Positions 1-9,504 of a stretch of 64,000 bases of DNA are shown here, in pieces. This stretch comes from an uncultured delta proteobacterium (GTDB taxonomy: Bacteria; Desulfobacterota; Binatia; DP-6): assembly GCA_963815115.1 (NCBI GenBank), contig CAWFFN010000008.1, positions 608,001 to 672,000 on the forward strand, in the 5' to 3' direction. Every line of letters starts with the position of its first letter. The stretch's first letter is position 1. Made by a program: the position numbers and the translations under genes. Below the pieces are notes generated by a model, which saw only the letters and a list, made by a program, of their open reading frames with translations, had not been told where the DNA came from and did no database searches.

Positions 1-1002
1 GGCCGCTACTACCTGGTCGATCGGGAGGCGAACGGCGGTGCGCGGCTCGAGGTGGGTGTGCCGACGTTGCCGCGCTTCTACGGCCGCCGCACCGCCTCGG
101 GCATGCCGATGCGGCGGGTCGCGAGCGTCGTCGGGAGCCACCTGCTCGTCCATCCCTCCGGGGCGTGCGGCTTCAGCGTGCAGGGCTCGCCGTGCCGCTT
201 CTGTCTCGAAGGCGCACGGGCCGAGCGTGGCGCGGTGGCGACGGTCGCGGACGTGGTCGAGGTCACCCGCGTCGCCTTCGAGGAAGGCGTCGCCGAGTCC
301 GTGTATCTGAACAGCGACGCCTTCGAGGCCGAAGACGGCGGCCTCGCCTTCGTGGCGCCGTACGTCGAGGGCATCCGGAGGCATTTCGACACGCTGGTGG
401 CCGTGCAGGTACATCCCCCGCGCTCCGACCGCTGGATCGACTGGGCCTACGCGCTCGGCGTCGACGCCCTCAGCTTCAACCTCGAGATCTACGACCCCGA
501 GCTGCTCGACCGCTGCTGCATCGGGCGCATGCGCTACATCGGCCGCCAGCGCTACCTCGATGCCCTGGCTCACGCGGCGCGCATCTTCCCCAGCGGCACG
601 GTGTGGAGCGATCTGGTGCTCGGCCTCGAACCCCCCGGGTCGACCATGGAAGGCATCGACGCACTCGCCGCGCTCGGCGTCGTGCCCGTGGTGACGGCAC
701 GCCGGGCCCTGTCGACGCCCGGGGAGCGTCTGGAAGGGCCCGTCGTGGGGCACGTGCTCGCCCATCTCTACGGTGCGGTGCACGACCGCGGCATCAACAT
801 GGGCTGGATCCGCGACCTGGTCGGCGGCGTCGCGCCGCTCGAGGCGCGCGCGCACGGCGGCAAGGGCGCCGGACTCGCCACCGCCATGGAGAACATCACG
901 CGCTCGCGGCTGGGGGCGCTCGCCGCCCGCGGGCTCGCCCGCTTCCGCCGCCGGCTCCGCGTGAAGAGCATCGGCGACTCGTTCGACGCCGCACACCTCT
1001 GA
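1..1002 (+). CDS. Radical SAM protein, MSMEG_0568-like, 5' partial
   Basis: Frame open from base 1; non-canonical C-x8-C-x2-C motif (CGFSVQGSPCRFC) preceded by PRFYGRRTASG; later SFNLEIYD and SDLVLGLEP segments typical of radical SAM barrels. Confidence 0.75.
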   Translation, partial: GRYYLVDREANGGARLEVGVPTLPRFYGRRTASGMPMRRVASVVGSHLLVHPSGACGFSVQGSPCRFCLEGARAERGAVATVADVVEVTRVAFEEGVAESVYLNSDAFEAEDGGLAFVAPYVEGIRRHFDTLVAVQVHPPRSDRWIDWAYALGVDALSFNLEIYDPELLDRCCIGRMRYIGRQRYLDALAHAARIFPSGTVWSDLVLGLEPPGSTMEGIDALAALGVVPVVTARRALSTPGERLEGPVVGHVLAHLYGAVHDRGINMGWIRDLVGGVAPLEARAHGGKGAGLATAMENITRSRLGALAARGLARFRRRLRVKSIGDSFDAAHL

Positions 1003-1006
1003 GCCC

Positions 1007-2485
1007 GTGGGGGAGCCAGCTACCCGCCGCGTCCCCGGGGACGTCCTCGTCGACACGCGCCCGTTGTGGCGCATTCTCGCCGGACGCACCTTCCGCCCGC
1101 TGGTGCTGCTCACCGGCGCGGCGCTGTTCCTGCTGATCCGCGCCCTGCCGCCTTTGCCGGGACTCGAGCCGGGCGGGCAACGCGCGCTCGCCGTCTTCGT
1201 CATCTGCCTCGTCTACTGGGTGACGAACGTTCTGCCGCTCATGGTGACGAGCCTCCTCGCCATGGTGCTGCTGCCGCTCACCGGCGTGCTCCAGACGAAG
1301 GACACCTACGCGCTGTTCGGCAACGAGGCGGTATTCTTCATCCTGGGCGCGTTCCTGCTCGCCGCCTCCCTCATGCGCTGCGGGCTCTCCACCCGCATCG
1401 CGGTCGCCATCCTGCGTCGCTTCGGCCACACCCCGCGGACGCTCCTCCTGTCCTTCTTCCTCATGAACGCCTTCCTCGCCTTCTTCATGTCCGAGCACGC
1501 GGTCGCGGCCATGACCTTCCCGATCACGCTCGAGATCGCGTCCGTCCTCGGCTTGCAGCGCCAGCGCAGCAGCTACGGCCGTGCCCTCTTCATCTCGATG
1601 GCGTGGGGAACGCAGATCGGCGGCATCGCCACGCTGCTGGGCGGCGGACGGGCGCCGCTCGCCATCGGCATGCTGCGCGAGTCCACGGGGCAGGGCTACA
1701 CCTTTCTCCAGTGGACGCTGGCGGCGTGGCCGATCGTCGCGGTGCTGCTGGTCGCCGGCTGGTTCATCATCACGTGGTTCTTTCCCATCGACATCGAGTC
1801 GGTGAGACGGGCGGACGCGGTGATCGAGGAGAAGGCGCTCAAGATGGGCCGCCCGTCGGTGCGCGAGCGCTCCATCGGGCTGATCATGCTCGTCACGCTC
1901 ACTGCCTGGATCGTGGGTGGCGAGGAGTTCGGGCTGGCGACCATCGCGCTGGGCGCGGTCGTGGTCATCTTCGTCGCCGGGCTGCTCGAGTGGCGCGACC
2001 TCGAGCAGTACGTGAACTGGGGCGTGCTCCTCATGTACGGCGGCGCCATCGCGCTGGGCTCGGCGCTGCACAAGTCGGGTGCCTCGGTGTGGATCGCCTC
2101 CCTCACCGTGAGCCACTGGGCGCGGACGCCCGCGCAGGTCGTGGCCATCCTCTCGGGCATCGGCATCGTGCTCACGGAGGCCATGAGCCACTCGGCCGTG
2201 GTCGCTCTCCTGATGCCCGTCGCGCTCGGCATCGCGCAGCAGTACGGCATGGACCCGCGGCTGATGGCGCCCGTGATCGCCCTCCCCTCCGGGCTCGCCT
2301 TCACGCTCCCCGTCGGCACGCCGGGGAACGCCATCGCCTACTCCTCGGGCTACCTCCGGCTGCGCGACATGCTGCTGCCGGGCTCCCTGATGGTCGTCAT
2401 TGCCTGGGCCGTGTTCAACCTGGTGGTGCGCTACTACTGGCCCCTGATCGGGCTCTCGCTCGCCCCGGTGGCTGCAGCAGGTTGA
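1007..2485 (+). CDS. SLC13/DASS family Na+/anion (sulfate/dicarboxylate) symporter
   Basis: Many TM segments; GGIATLLGG and [15 protein letters not shown] motifs; adjacent to sat. Confidence 0.85.
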   Translation: MGEPATRRVPGDVLVDTRPLWRILAGRTFRPLVLLTGAALFLLIRALPPLPGLEPGGQRALAVFVICLVYWVTNVLPLMVTSLLAMVLLPLTGVLQTKDTYALFGNEAVFFILGAFLLAASLMRCGLSTRIAVAILRRFGHTPRTLLLSFFLMNAFLAFFMSEHAVAAMTFPITLEIASVLGLQRQRSSYGRALFISMAWGTQIGGIATLLGGGRAPLAIGMLRESTGQGYTFLQWTLAAWPIVAVLLVAGWFIITWFFPIDIESVRRADAVIEEKALKMGRPSVRERSIGLIMLVTLTAWIVGGEEFGLATIALGAVVVIFVAGLLEWRDLEQYVNWGVLLMYGGAIALGSALHKSGASVWIASLTVSHWARTPAQVVAILSGIGIVLTEAMSHSAVVALLMPVALGIAQQYGMDPRLMAPVIALPSGLAFTLPVGTPGNAIAYSSGYLRLRDMLLPGSLMVVIAWAVFNLVVRYYWPLIGLSLAPVAAAG

Positions 2486-2550
2486 GCCCAGGGCCGCTTT
2501 CCCCTAGGTTTCTCCGTTCTCACTTCCTCGACGCGAAAGGACCATCCGAC

Positions 2551-3807
2551 ATGCCCGATCTGATTCCTCCGCACGGCGGCCTCACCGAGCCCGTGAACTG
2601 CATGGTATCCGCAGCCGACGAGGCAGCGCTCGTCGCCGAGGCGGCGAAGCTGGTGCAGGTGCCCGTCTCCGACGCCGATCTCTCCAGCGTCTATCGCTTC
2701 GGCGATGGCGGCCTCTCGCCCCTCACCGGCCCGATGGACGAGGCCGCATACCACCGCGTCCTCGACGAGGCGGTCATCGAGCACCAGGGTCGGAAGTACG
2801 CCTGGACCATTCCGATCGCGTTTCCCGTCACGCGCGAGCTCGCGGGCCGCATCCGCCGCGGCGATTCGGTGGCGCTGGTGAACGGCGACACCGTCGTCGC
2901 CACGCTCGCGGTCGGCGACGTCTTCGCGTGGGACAAGCAGCGCTACATCCGGAGCGTCTACCAGACGGAGCGCACCGACCACCCCGGCGGCGACATGGTG
3001 CTCAAGGGCGACGCCGACAAGACGCACCTGCTCGGCGGCACGCTGCGGGTGCGCCCGCAGCCGAAGCACCCGAAGTTCGGCGCCTACGTCCGCTCGCCGC
3101 GCGAGGTGCGGGCCCTGCTGCGCGACAAGGGCTGGCAGCGCGTGGTCGCGTTCCAGACCCGCAACCCGTTGCACCGCGCCCACGAGTACGCCCTCGTCTA
3201 CGGCCTCGAGACGCTGCTGCGCCAGGGACACGACGCGGGCGCCTGCCTGAATCCGCTGATCGGCGAGACCAAGGGCGACGACGTCCACGCCGAGGTCCGC
3301 ATGGCCACCTACGAGGCGCTGATCCGCACGCGTGCCCTGGGCGACGGCGACAGCGACCAGGCGCTGTGGGGTCCGCGCGGGGAGTCCGTGCCCGATCGCG
3401 TGATCCTGCTCGGGCTCGACATCAAGATGTTCTACGGCGGTCCGAACGAGGCGGTGATGCACGCCATCTACCGGCAGAACTTCGGCTTCACGGACCTGAT
3501 CGTGGGGCGCAAGCACGCCGACGCCCCCTTTCACGACGGCAGCGCCATCTGGGGCGACTTCGACGCCCAGGAGCGGTTCTCGACGCTGCGAGGCGACCTC
3601 GAGATCCGCCCGCTGAAGGTCGGCTTCGCCGCCTACTACGAGTCCATCGGCCGCGTCGACCTGACCGACAATCATCCCGACGAGAAGCCGGTGTCGATCT
3701 CCGGCAAGGACGTCCGCAAGGCGCTGCTCGAGGGCCGCGAGGTCGACCCGCGCATCATGCGCCCGTCCACCTCGCACATCCTGGCGGCCGCGATGCGGGA
3801 GGCGTGA
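2551..3807 (+). CDS. sat: Sulfate adenylyltransferase (Sat-type ATP sulfurylase)
   Basis: [10 protein letters not shown] start after AAAGGA; [48 protein letters not shown] motifs; the 1066 start in the track is spurious. Confidence 0.93.
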   Translation: MPDLIPPHGGLTEPVNCMVSAADEAALVAEAAKLVQVPVSDADLSSVYRFGDGGLSPLTGPMDEAAYHRVLDEAVIEHQGRKYAWTIPIAFPVTRELAGRIRRGDSVALVNGDTVVATLAVGDVFAWDKQRYIRSVYQTERTDHPGGDMVLKGDADKTHLLGGTLRVRPQPKHPKFGAYVRSPREVRALLRDKGWQRVVAFQTRNPLHRAHEYALVYGLETLLRQGHDAGACLNPLIGETKGDDVHAEVRMATYEALIRTRALGDGDSDQALWGPRGESVPDRVILLGLDIKMFYGGPNEAVMHAIYRQNFGFTDLIVGRKHADAPFHDGSAIWGDFDAQERFSTLRGDLEIRPLKVGFAAYYESIGRVDLTDNHPDEKPVSISGKDVRKALLEGREVDPRIMRPSTSHILAAAMREA

Positions 3808-3832
3808 GGCCGCGCCTGCAGCGCCGGGTCCG

Positions 3833-4045
3833 ATGAAGGTCGACGTGTCGTGTCGCCAGTGCGGCGCCACGACCCGGCTCGACCTCGGCAGCCCGGCTCC
3901 GGGCGAGTCCGTCGAGGACTATCTCCACCTGGTCCGCGAGCGCCTCGCCCACCGGCCGAGCTTCACCTGCTTCGGCGGCCATACCGAGCTGCGGCCGCCC
4001 GTGCCCGGCTTCTGGGAGGTGCGCTGGGAGACGCTCGGGGAATAG
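3833..4045 (+). CDS. Small hypothetical protein with possible Zn site (CxxC...CxxxH)
   Basis: 70 aa, coding-like codon bias, directly downstream of sat. Confidence 0.6.
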   Translation: MKVDVSCRQCGATTRLDLGSPAPGESVEDYLHLVRERLAHRPSFTCFGGHTELRPPVPGFWEVRWETLGE

Positions 4046-4082
4046 GAATGCGACCCGAGACTCCGTCTCGGGTCGCATTCCT
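4044..4082. repeat. Perfect 18-bp inverted repeat between convergent genes (REP-like or bidirectional terminator)
   Basis: AGGAATGCGACCCGAGAC-TCC-GTCTCGGGTCGCATTCCT. Confidence 0.7.
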
Positions 4083-4378
4083 CAGCCGGCCCCGAAGGGG
4101 TGGACCTCGATCGACAGGCCGAACACCTGCACGAGCAGGAGGTAGAGCGCGAGCAGCGCGAGGAGCAGGCCGCCGAGCGCCGTCAGCGCCAGGCCCGACA
4201 GCAGGATGACCGCCAGGAGCCCGCCGATGGCGATCGCCGGAGCGGCGAACCCTGGGCGGTTGAAGGGGGCGACCGGCTGCAGCAGGGGGAACACGCCCTG
4301 GGCCCGCACCTCGTCCCAGAGCGCATCGGCAACGCCGCGCAGCTGGCGGCCGACGCCGTCGAGCCAGCCCGTCGTCAC
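4082..4378 (-). CDS. Small membrane hypothetical protein
   Basis: 98 aa with long hydrophobic hairpin; start overlaps upstream stop; last gene of ECF operon. Confidence 0.65.
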   Translation of the reverse strand: MTTGWLDGVGRQLRGVADALWDEVRAQGVFPLLQPVAPFNRPGFAAPAIAIGGLLAVILLSGLALTALGGLLLALLALYLLLVQVFGLSIEVHPFGAG

Positions 4379-4875
4379 GGCGAGGAGTGCGGAACGTTCT
4401 GGGGAGCGTTCTCGGCCCGCAGGAGGATGAGGATCGCTCCGTCACCGCTGCGGGCGTCCCGGCCGACGCCGAAGACCATGGTGCCACCGTTCAGCAAGCG
4501 CACGTTCGTGTCGACCAGGCGCTTGCGCCCCTCGAGGAGGCGAACCTGCATCATCACCCGTTGGTCGACCATGCCCTTCGGAAGCAGGATCAGGGAGCGG
4601 CCGTCGCCGACGTCGAAAGCCTCCGTGTTGCGCCACGCCACGCGACGTTGCTGCTCGGCCACGAGCTGGTAGGCGTGGTAGCCGGCGATGTGCCGCAACC
4701 GGGGTCGCAGCGATTCGAGCTGGGGATCGCACGGGCCACTCTCGACGGCGCGGACGGTGGTGACCTGGATATCGAGCGGCTGGGCGACGGCATCAGGGGG
4801 GACGACACACGGACCGATGATCAGCATCGCACCCGCCAGCCCGGCGAGCGCGGCGCCGAACCCCTCGCGTGTCAC
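4375..4875 (-). CDS. Exported hypothetical protein (ECF operon)
   Basis: GTG overlaps anti-sigma stop (GTGA); signal-peptide-like N-terminus; beta-rich body (LNGGTMVFGV). Confidence 0.65.
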   Translation of the reverse strand: MTREGFGAALAGLAGAMLIIGPCVVPPDAVAQPLDIQVTTVRAVESGPCDPQLESLRPRLRHIAGYHAYQLVAEQQRRVAWRNTEAFDVGDGRSLILLPKGMVDQRVMMQVRLLEGRKRLVDTNVRLLNGGTMVFGVGRDARSGDGAILILLRAENAPQNVPHSSP

Positions 4876-5405
4876 GGGTTGCCGTCCTCTATCGTGTGGT
4901 TCACCCAGATGACGGTGGTGCCGCTCTTGGGCTCGCGGCGAACCGCGATGCCCTTGCCGCTGAGCCGATCGATCTCGGCGTGGTTGGCCGACTGCCACGC
5001 CCGGCTCCGGCTCGCGTAACGGTCGCCTGCCGCAGCCGGGGTCGGCTTCGGGGTCGACGGCGGCTGCGCCGAGGTGCCGAGCCAGAGCAGCACGCTCGCC
5101 GCGAGCGCCATCACGGCCCCCCACACGGGGAGCTGCCGCGGCAGGACGGCGATGCCGGCGCTGCGTGGCCGGCGGCTCGCGGGGAGCGTCGCGGCCACCG
5201 CGGGCCACACCCCGGAGAGGTCGAGCTGCCGCGCTTCGCCTTCGATGAGACGCGTCACGGCACCGCGGAGGCCCGTCAGCTCGCGGATCGTCCCGTCGCA
5301 CGCCGTGCAGGTGGCCGCGTGACGGGCAACGTCGAGCAGCTCGGGAGGTGACAGCTCCGTGTCCACGAAGCCATCGAGAAGCTGCTCGACATCCTGACAA
5401 TTCAT
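4872..5405 (-). CDS. Zinc-binding anti-sigma factor (zf-HC2) with TM helix
   Basis: MNCQDV...GFVDTEL...HAATCTAC (HxxxCxxC) then a TM segment; follows ECF sigma. Confidence 0.85.
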   Translation of the reverse strand: MNCQDVEQLLDGFVDTELSPPELLDVARHAATCTACDGTIRELTGLRGAVTRLIEGEARQLDLSGVWPAVAATLPASRRPRSAGIAVLPRQLPVWGAVMALAASVLLWLGTSAQPPSTPKPTPAAAGDRYASRSRAWQSANHAEIDRLSGKGIAVRREPKSGTTVIWVNHTIEDGNP

Positions 5406-5410
5406 GTGAC

Positions 5411-5988
5411 TCAGCGAAGCCCGCGGAGCCGCTGCTGAAGCTGGCGGCGCGCGTAGTGGAGGCGGCTCATCACGGTGCCTTTGGGACAATCGAGTACGCG
5501 ACTGATCTCCTCGTAGGAGAGCCCGTCCACTTCACGAAGGAGTATTACCGCTCGATGCTCGGGGGTCAACTCGGCGATGGCAGCCGAGAGCCCCCGCGCG
5601 ATCTCGGCATCACGAGTGCGCTGGAAGGGATCGCCCTCCTCCGCCCCGTCCGCCAGGAAGGTGACCGGATCCGCCCCCCGGTCTCCCCCTCGCGCGGCTC
5701 GAGGGTGGCGAGGGGCATCTTCGCCTCGCGGCGCTGGTGATCGATGCAGAGGTTCACCGCGATGCGGTAGGTCCACGTGTAGAAGCCGGCGTCGCCCTTG
5801 AAACGGTCCAAGCTCTGAAAAGCTTTCGTGAAAGTCTCCTGGACCACGTCGAGCGCGTCCTCCCGGTTTCGTAACATCCCGAGCGCGAGCGTGGCGATCT
5901 TGCGCTGATAGCGTTCGACCAGCTGCCGGAAGGCATCCCGGTCGCCCTTCCGGGCTCGCTCGACGAGCTCACCGTCGCTAGGCCCCAC
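5411..5988 (-). CDS. ECF RNA polymerase sigma factor (SigE/SigW-like), frameshifted near 5674-5679
   Basis: Region 2 (DVVQETF...FYTWTYRIAVN) in ORF 5566..5988 and region 4 (GLSYEEIS...GTVMSRLHYAR) in ORF 5411..5776; 578 nt span is 1 nt short of a whole frame. Confidence 0.85.
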
Positions 5989-6002
5989 GGCCCGCTCGCC
6001 TA

Positions 6003-6029
6003 TCAGACGGGAATGGCAAAAGGGTATTC
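6003..6029 (-). promoter_or_regulatory. Putative autoregulatory ECF (sigmaE-type) promoter
   Basis: GAATAC-N16-TCTGA just upstream of the sigma gene. Confidence 0.5.
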
Positions 6030-6048
6030 AGCTGCCGGCCACCGGCCA

Positions 6049-8664
6049 TCAGCCATGCACCTCGGCCCAATTCGACCCCGAGTGTGCCTCGACCCGGAGG
6101 GGCACCCGGAGCGGCCACACACCCTCCATGGCCTCGCGCACCTCCGACACGGTCCGCTCGACCTCGGCCTCGGGCGCTTCCAGCACGAGCTCGTCGTGCA
6201 CCTGGAGCAGCATCCGCGAGCGCAGCCCCGCGCCCCGGAGGCGCCGGGAGACCTCGAGCATCGCGAGCTTGATCAGGTCGGCGGCCGAGCCCTGGATCGG
6301 GGTGTTGGTCGCCGCCCGCTCGGCGAACTGGCGCACGGCAGGGTCCCGCGCGCCCAGCTCCGGCAGGTAGCGGCGCCGTCCGAGCACGGTCGCCACCCAG
6401 CCGCGCTCGCGGGCCTGGGCGATCGTGCCGTCGATGAAGCGCCGCACGCCGGGATAACGCGCGAAGTAGCCGGCGATGTACGCCTCGGCCTCGGCGATCG
6501 ACACGCCGAGTTCGCGGGCGGCGCGGCTCGGACCCATGCCGTAGACGATACCGTAGTTGATCACCTTCGCGAGCCGCCGCCCGCTGCTCGGTGACAGGCT
6601 GGCGAACACCTCCGCCGCGGTGCGCGCGTGGATGTCGTCGTCGCGAGTGAAGGCGTCGATGAGCGCCGGATCGTCCGCCAGATGCGCCAGGAGGCGCAGC
6701 TCGATCTGCGAATAGTCGGCGGAGATCAGGCGGCAGCCCGGCGCCGCCACGAAGGTGGCGCGGATGCGGCGTCCCTCCTCGCTGCGCACCGGGATGTTCT
6801 GCAGATTCGGGTCCGAGCTGGACAGCCGGCCGGTCGCAGCGACGGTCTGGTTGAAGGAGGTATGCACGCGGCCGGTGCGCGGGTCGACCAGCGCCGGAAG
6901 GGAGTCGATGTAGGTCGACTTGAGCTTGGAGAGCGCGCGGAACTCGAGGATCTTCGCCGGCAGCGGATGCTCGCGCGCGAGGCGCGTCAGCACGTCCACG
7001 TCGGTCGACAGCCCGGTCTTCCCGCGCCGCACGCCGCGGGTCGAGATCCCGAGTCGGTCGAAGAGGACCTCGCGCAGCTGCGGCGGCGAGTTGATGTTGA
7101 ACGGGCCACCGGCGGCCTCGTGGATCTCCGCCATCAGGCAGTCCATGGTGCCGCCGAACTCCGCCGAAAGCCCCGCCAGCGCGGCGACGTCGAGCGAGAT
7201 CCCCGCGAGCTCCATGTCGGCGAGCACCTCGGCGAGGGGCATCTCGAGGTCGCGGTAGAGACGGTCCATGTCGTGCGCGCGCAAGCGTGCCTCGAGCTCG
7301 CGGCGGAGCGTGAACGCCGCACGCGCCGAACGTGCGGCCGGCGCGGGGCCGGTGTCGGCCTCACGCGGCTGCCCGAGCAGCTCCTCGGCGAGGGCCCCGA
7401 TGCCGTGATCGGCACGCGAGGGGTTCAGGCAGTACGACGCCAGCGAGAGATCGAAGGCCGGACCCGCGAGGCGGAGGCCACGGCGCGCGAGGGCCACGCG
7501 CAGCGCCTTCAGGTCGGCGCCCACCTTCTCCACCGCGAGGTCGGCGAGCAGCGGCACCAACGCCGCCTGCACGTCGGCCGCCTCGGGCTCCGTGACCACG
7601 ATCACCGGATCGTGCTCCGCCGCCAGGGCGAGGCGGGTGAGACGCGCCACCGTGGCGCGCGGCGAGTCGACGTCGGCCACCACCGCAACGCTCCCCGCCG
7701 ACTTGAGCGAGGCGACCGCGGTCGCGACCGGACCCGCGGCGCCGACCTCCTCGAGAGCGACGGCCGGCGGCTCGCCGACGCCGCCGAGGTCGCGCAACAG
7801 CGAGCGCATCTCGAGCTCGCCGAGCAGGGCGCGGAGCTCCTCGCGGTCCGGGCCAGCCCAGCGCAGCGCCTCCATGTCGAGCGGCACCGCCACGTCGCGC
7901 CGGATGGTCGCGAGGGTCTTCGACAGCCGGGCCACCTCCGCCTCGCGGGCGAGCGTGTCGCGGACCTTCTTGGCGCCCCGCAGACCGCTCTGCTCGACGA
8001 GATCGAGTCGTTCGAGGACGGTCTCCAGCGCGCCGATGCGCTGCACCAGGGCCATGGCCGTCTTCTCCCCGATCCCCGGCACGCCGGGAATGTCGTCGAT
8101 CGCGTCCCCCATGAGCCCGAGGACGTCCGGGACCAGGGTGGGCTCGACGCCGAAGCGCGCCTGGACCTCGGCGACTCCCGCGCGCCGGTCCCGCATGGTG
8201 TCGTAGAGCGTGGTACGGGCGTCGACCAGCTGCATCATGTCCTTGTCGCCCGTGACGATCACGGTCTCGAGCCCCGCGAGGCTCGCCTGGGTCGCCAATG
8301 TGCCGATGACGTCGTCGGCCTCGACGCCCGCCTGCTCGATCACGGGGAGGCGGAGCGCGGTCACCAGCCGGCGGATGTACGGTATCTGCGGGCGGAGCTC
8401 CTCGGGCATCGGAGCCCGGGTCTCCTTGTAGGCGGCATAGAGCGCGTCGCGGAAGGTCTCGCCGGGGGCGTCGAAGACCACCGCGACGTGGTCGGGCCGC
8501 TCCTCCCGCAGCAGCTTGGACAGCATGTTGGCGAAGCCCAGAACGGCATTGGTGGGTAGGCCTCGCGAGGTGTTGAGGGCGGGCAGGGCATGGAATGCGC
8601 GATAGACGTACCCGCTGCCGTCGATCAGGTGGAGGCGCGGCGCGTGGACGTTCGCCATGGGCAT
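6049..8664 (-). CDS. polA: DNA polymerase I
   Basis: LIDGSGYVYRAFHA 5'-nuclease, TGRLSSSDPNLQNIP, ADYSQIELR, LQVHDELV; start 8664 or 8658. Confidence 0.97.
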   Translation of the reverse strand: MPMANVHAPRLHLIDGSGYVYRAFHALPALNTSRGLPTNAVLGFANMLSKLLREERPDHVAVVFDAPGETFRDALYAAYKETRAPMPEELRPQIPYIRRLVTALRLPVIEQAGVEADDVIGTLATQASLAGLETVIVTGDKDMMQLVDARTTLYDTMRDRRAGVAEVQARFGVEPTLVPDVLGLMGDAIDDIPGVPGIGEKTAMALVQRIGALETVLERLDLVEQSGLRGAKKVRDTLAREAEVARLSKTLATIRRDVAVPLDMEALRWAGPDREELRALLGELEMRSLLRDLGGVGEPPAVALEEVGAAGPVATAVASLKSAGSVAVVADVDSPRATVARLTRLALAAEHDPVIVVTEPEAADVQAALVPLLADLAVEKVGADLKALRVALARRGLRLAGPAFDLSLASYCLNPSRADHGIGALAEELLGQPREADTGPAPAARSARAAFTLRRELEARLRAHDMDRLYRDLEMPLAEVLADMELAGISLDVAALAGLSAEFGGTMDCLMAEIHEAAGGPFNINSPPQLREVLFDRLGISTRGVRRGKTGLSTDVDVLTRLAREHPLPAKILEFRALSKLKSTYIDSLPALVDPRTGRVHTSFNQTVAATGRLSSSDPNLQNIPVRSEEGRRIRATFVAAPGCRLISADYSQIELRLLAHLADDPALIDAFTRDDDIHARTAAEVFASLSPSSGRRLAKVINYGIVYGMGPSRAARELGVSIAEAEAYIAGYFARYPGVRRFIDGTIAQARERGWVATVLGRRRYLPELGARDPAVRQFAERAATNTPIQGSAADLIKLAMLEVSRRLRGAGLRSRMLLQVHDELVLEAPEAEVERTVSEVREAMEGVWPLRVPLRVEAHSGSNWAEVHG

Positions 8665-8760
8665 CGGGTGCAGGCGCCGGCGCGATCCTTGACTTCGGGA
8701 GGGGGGATGGTAATAGCGCCCCCGAATTTTGTTTCGGGCACGAGCGTCTAACGCGTTTAC

Positions 8761-9504
8761 ATGATCGAAGTCGCGAACCTGAGCAAACGGTACGGCGACC
8801 TCGCGGCGGTCCAGGATCTCTCCTTCGCCGCCCATCCGGGAGAGATCCTCGGCTTCCTCGGGCCGAACGGCGCGGGCAAGACCACCACCCTCCGCGTCAT
8901 CACCGGGTTTCTTCCCGCCACCTCGGGCACCGTGCGGGTGTGCGGCTTCGACGTCTTCGAGCAGTCTGCCGAGGTCCGGCGCCGGATCGGCTATCTGCCG
9001 GAGAACCCGCCGCTCTACAACGACATGACCGTGGTCCCGTACCTCCGCTTCGCGGCCCGCATCCACGGCGTCGAGCGGGGCGCGGTGGCGGACGCCGTCG
9101 AGCGGGTCATCGACACCTGCGGGCTCGCCGACGTCACCCAGCGCCTGCTCGGGCACCTCTCGAAGGGGTTCCGCCAGCGGGTCGGTCTCGCGCAGGCCCT
9201 CATTCACGACCCCGAGGTGCTGATTCTCGACGAGCCCACCAACGGGCTCGATCCCGGCCAGATCCGCGACATGCTCGCGTTCATCCGGTCGATGGGCGCG
9301 AAGCGGACGATCGTCCTGTCCACGCACATCCTGTCGCAGGTGCTGAGCGCGTGTCAGAAGGTCGTCATCATCAACGACGGCCGGATCGCCCTCGAGGCGC
9401 CGCTCGGCGACCTGACGCGCGACCGCTCGCTGGAAGACGTCTACACGCAGGCGATCTCGGGCGGGGCGGCGAGTCTCCTCCCCGAAGGCGGAGCCTCGGC
9501 CTGA
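8761..9504 (+). CDS. ABC transporter ATP-binding protein (GldA-like)
   Basis: GPNGAGKTT, LSKGFRQRVG, LILDEPT, STH. Confidence 0.92.
   Translation: MIEVANLSKRYGDLAAVQDLSFAAHPGEILGFLGPNGAGKTTTLRVITGFLPATSGTVRVCGFDVFEQSAEVRRRIGYLPENPPLYNDMTVVPYLRFAARIHGVERGAVADAVERVIDTCGLADVTQRLLGHLSKGFRQRVGLAQALIHDPEVLILDEPTNGLDPGQIRDMLAFIRSMGAKRTIVLSTHILSQVLSACQKVVIINDGRIALEAPLGDLTRDRSLEDVYTQAISGGAASLLPEGGASA

Noticed and set aside
1066-3807. 913-aa ORF suggesting a large Sat fusion
   Set aside because: The N-terminal part is an Arg/Pro-rich shadow frame over the DASS gene; the real start is ATG 2551 with an SD
6049-9327. 1092-aa extended PolA
   Set aside because: The extension is antisense to the ABC ATPase; Pol I similarity starts near 8660
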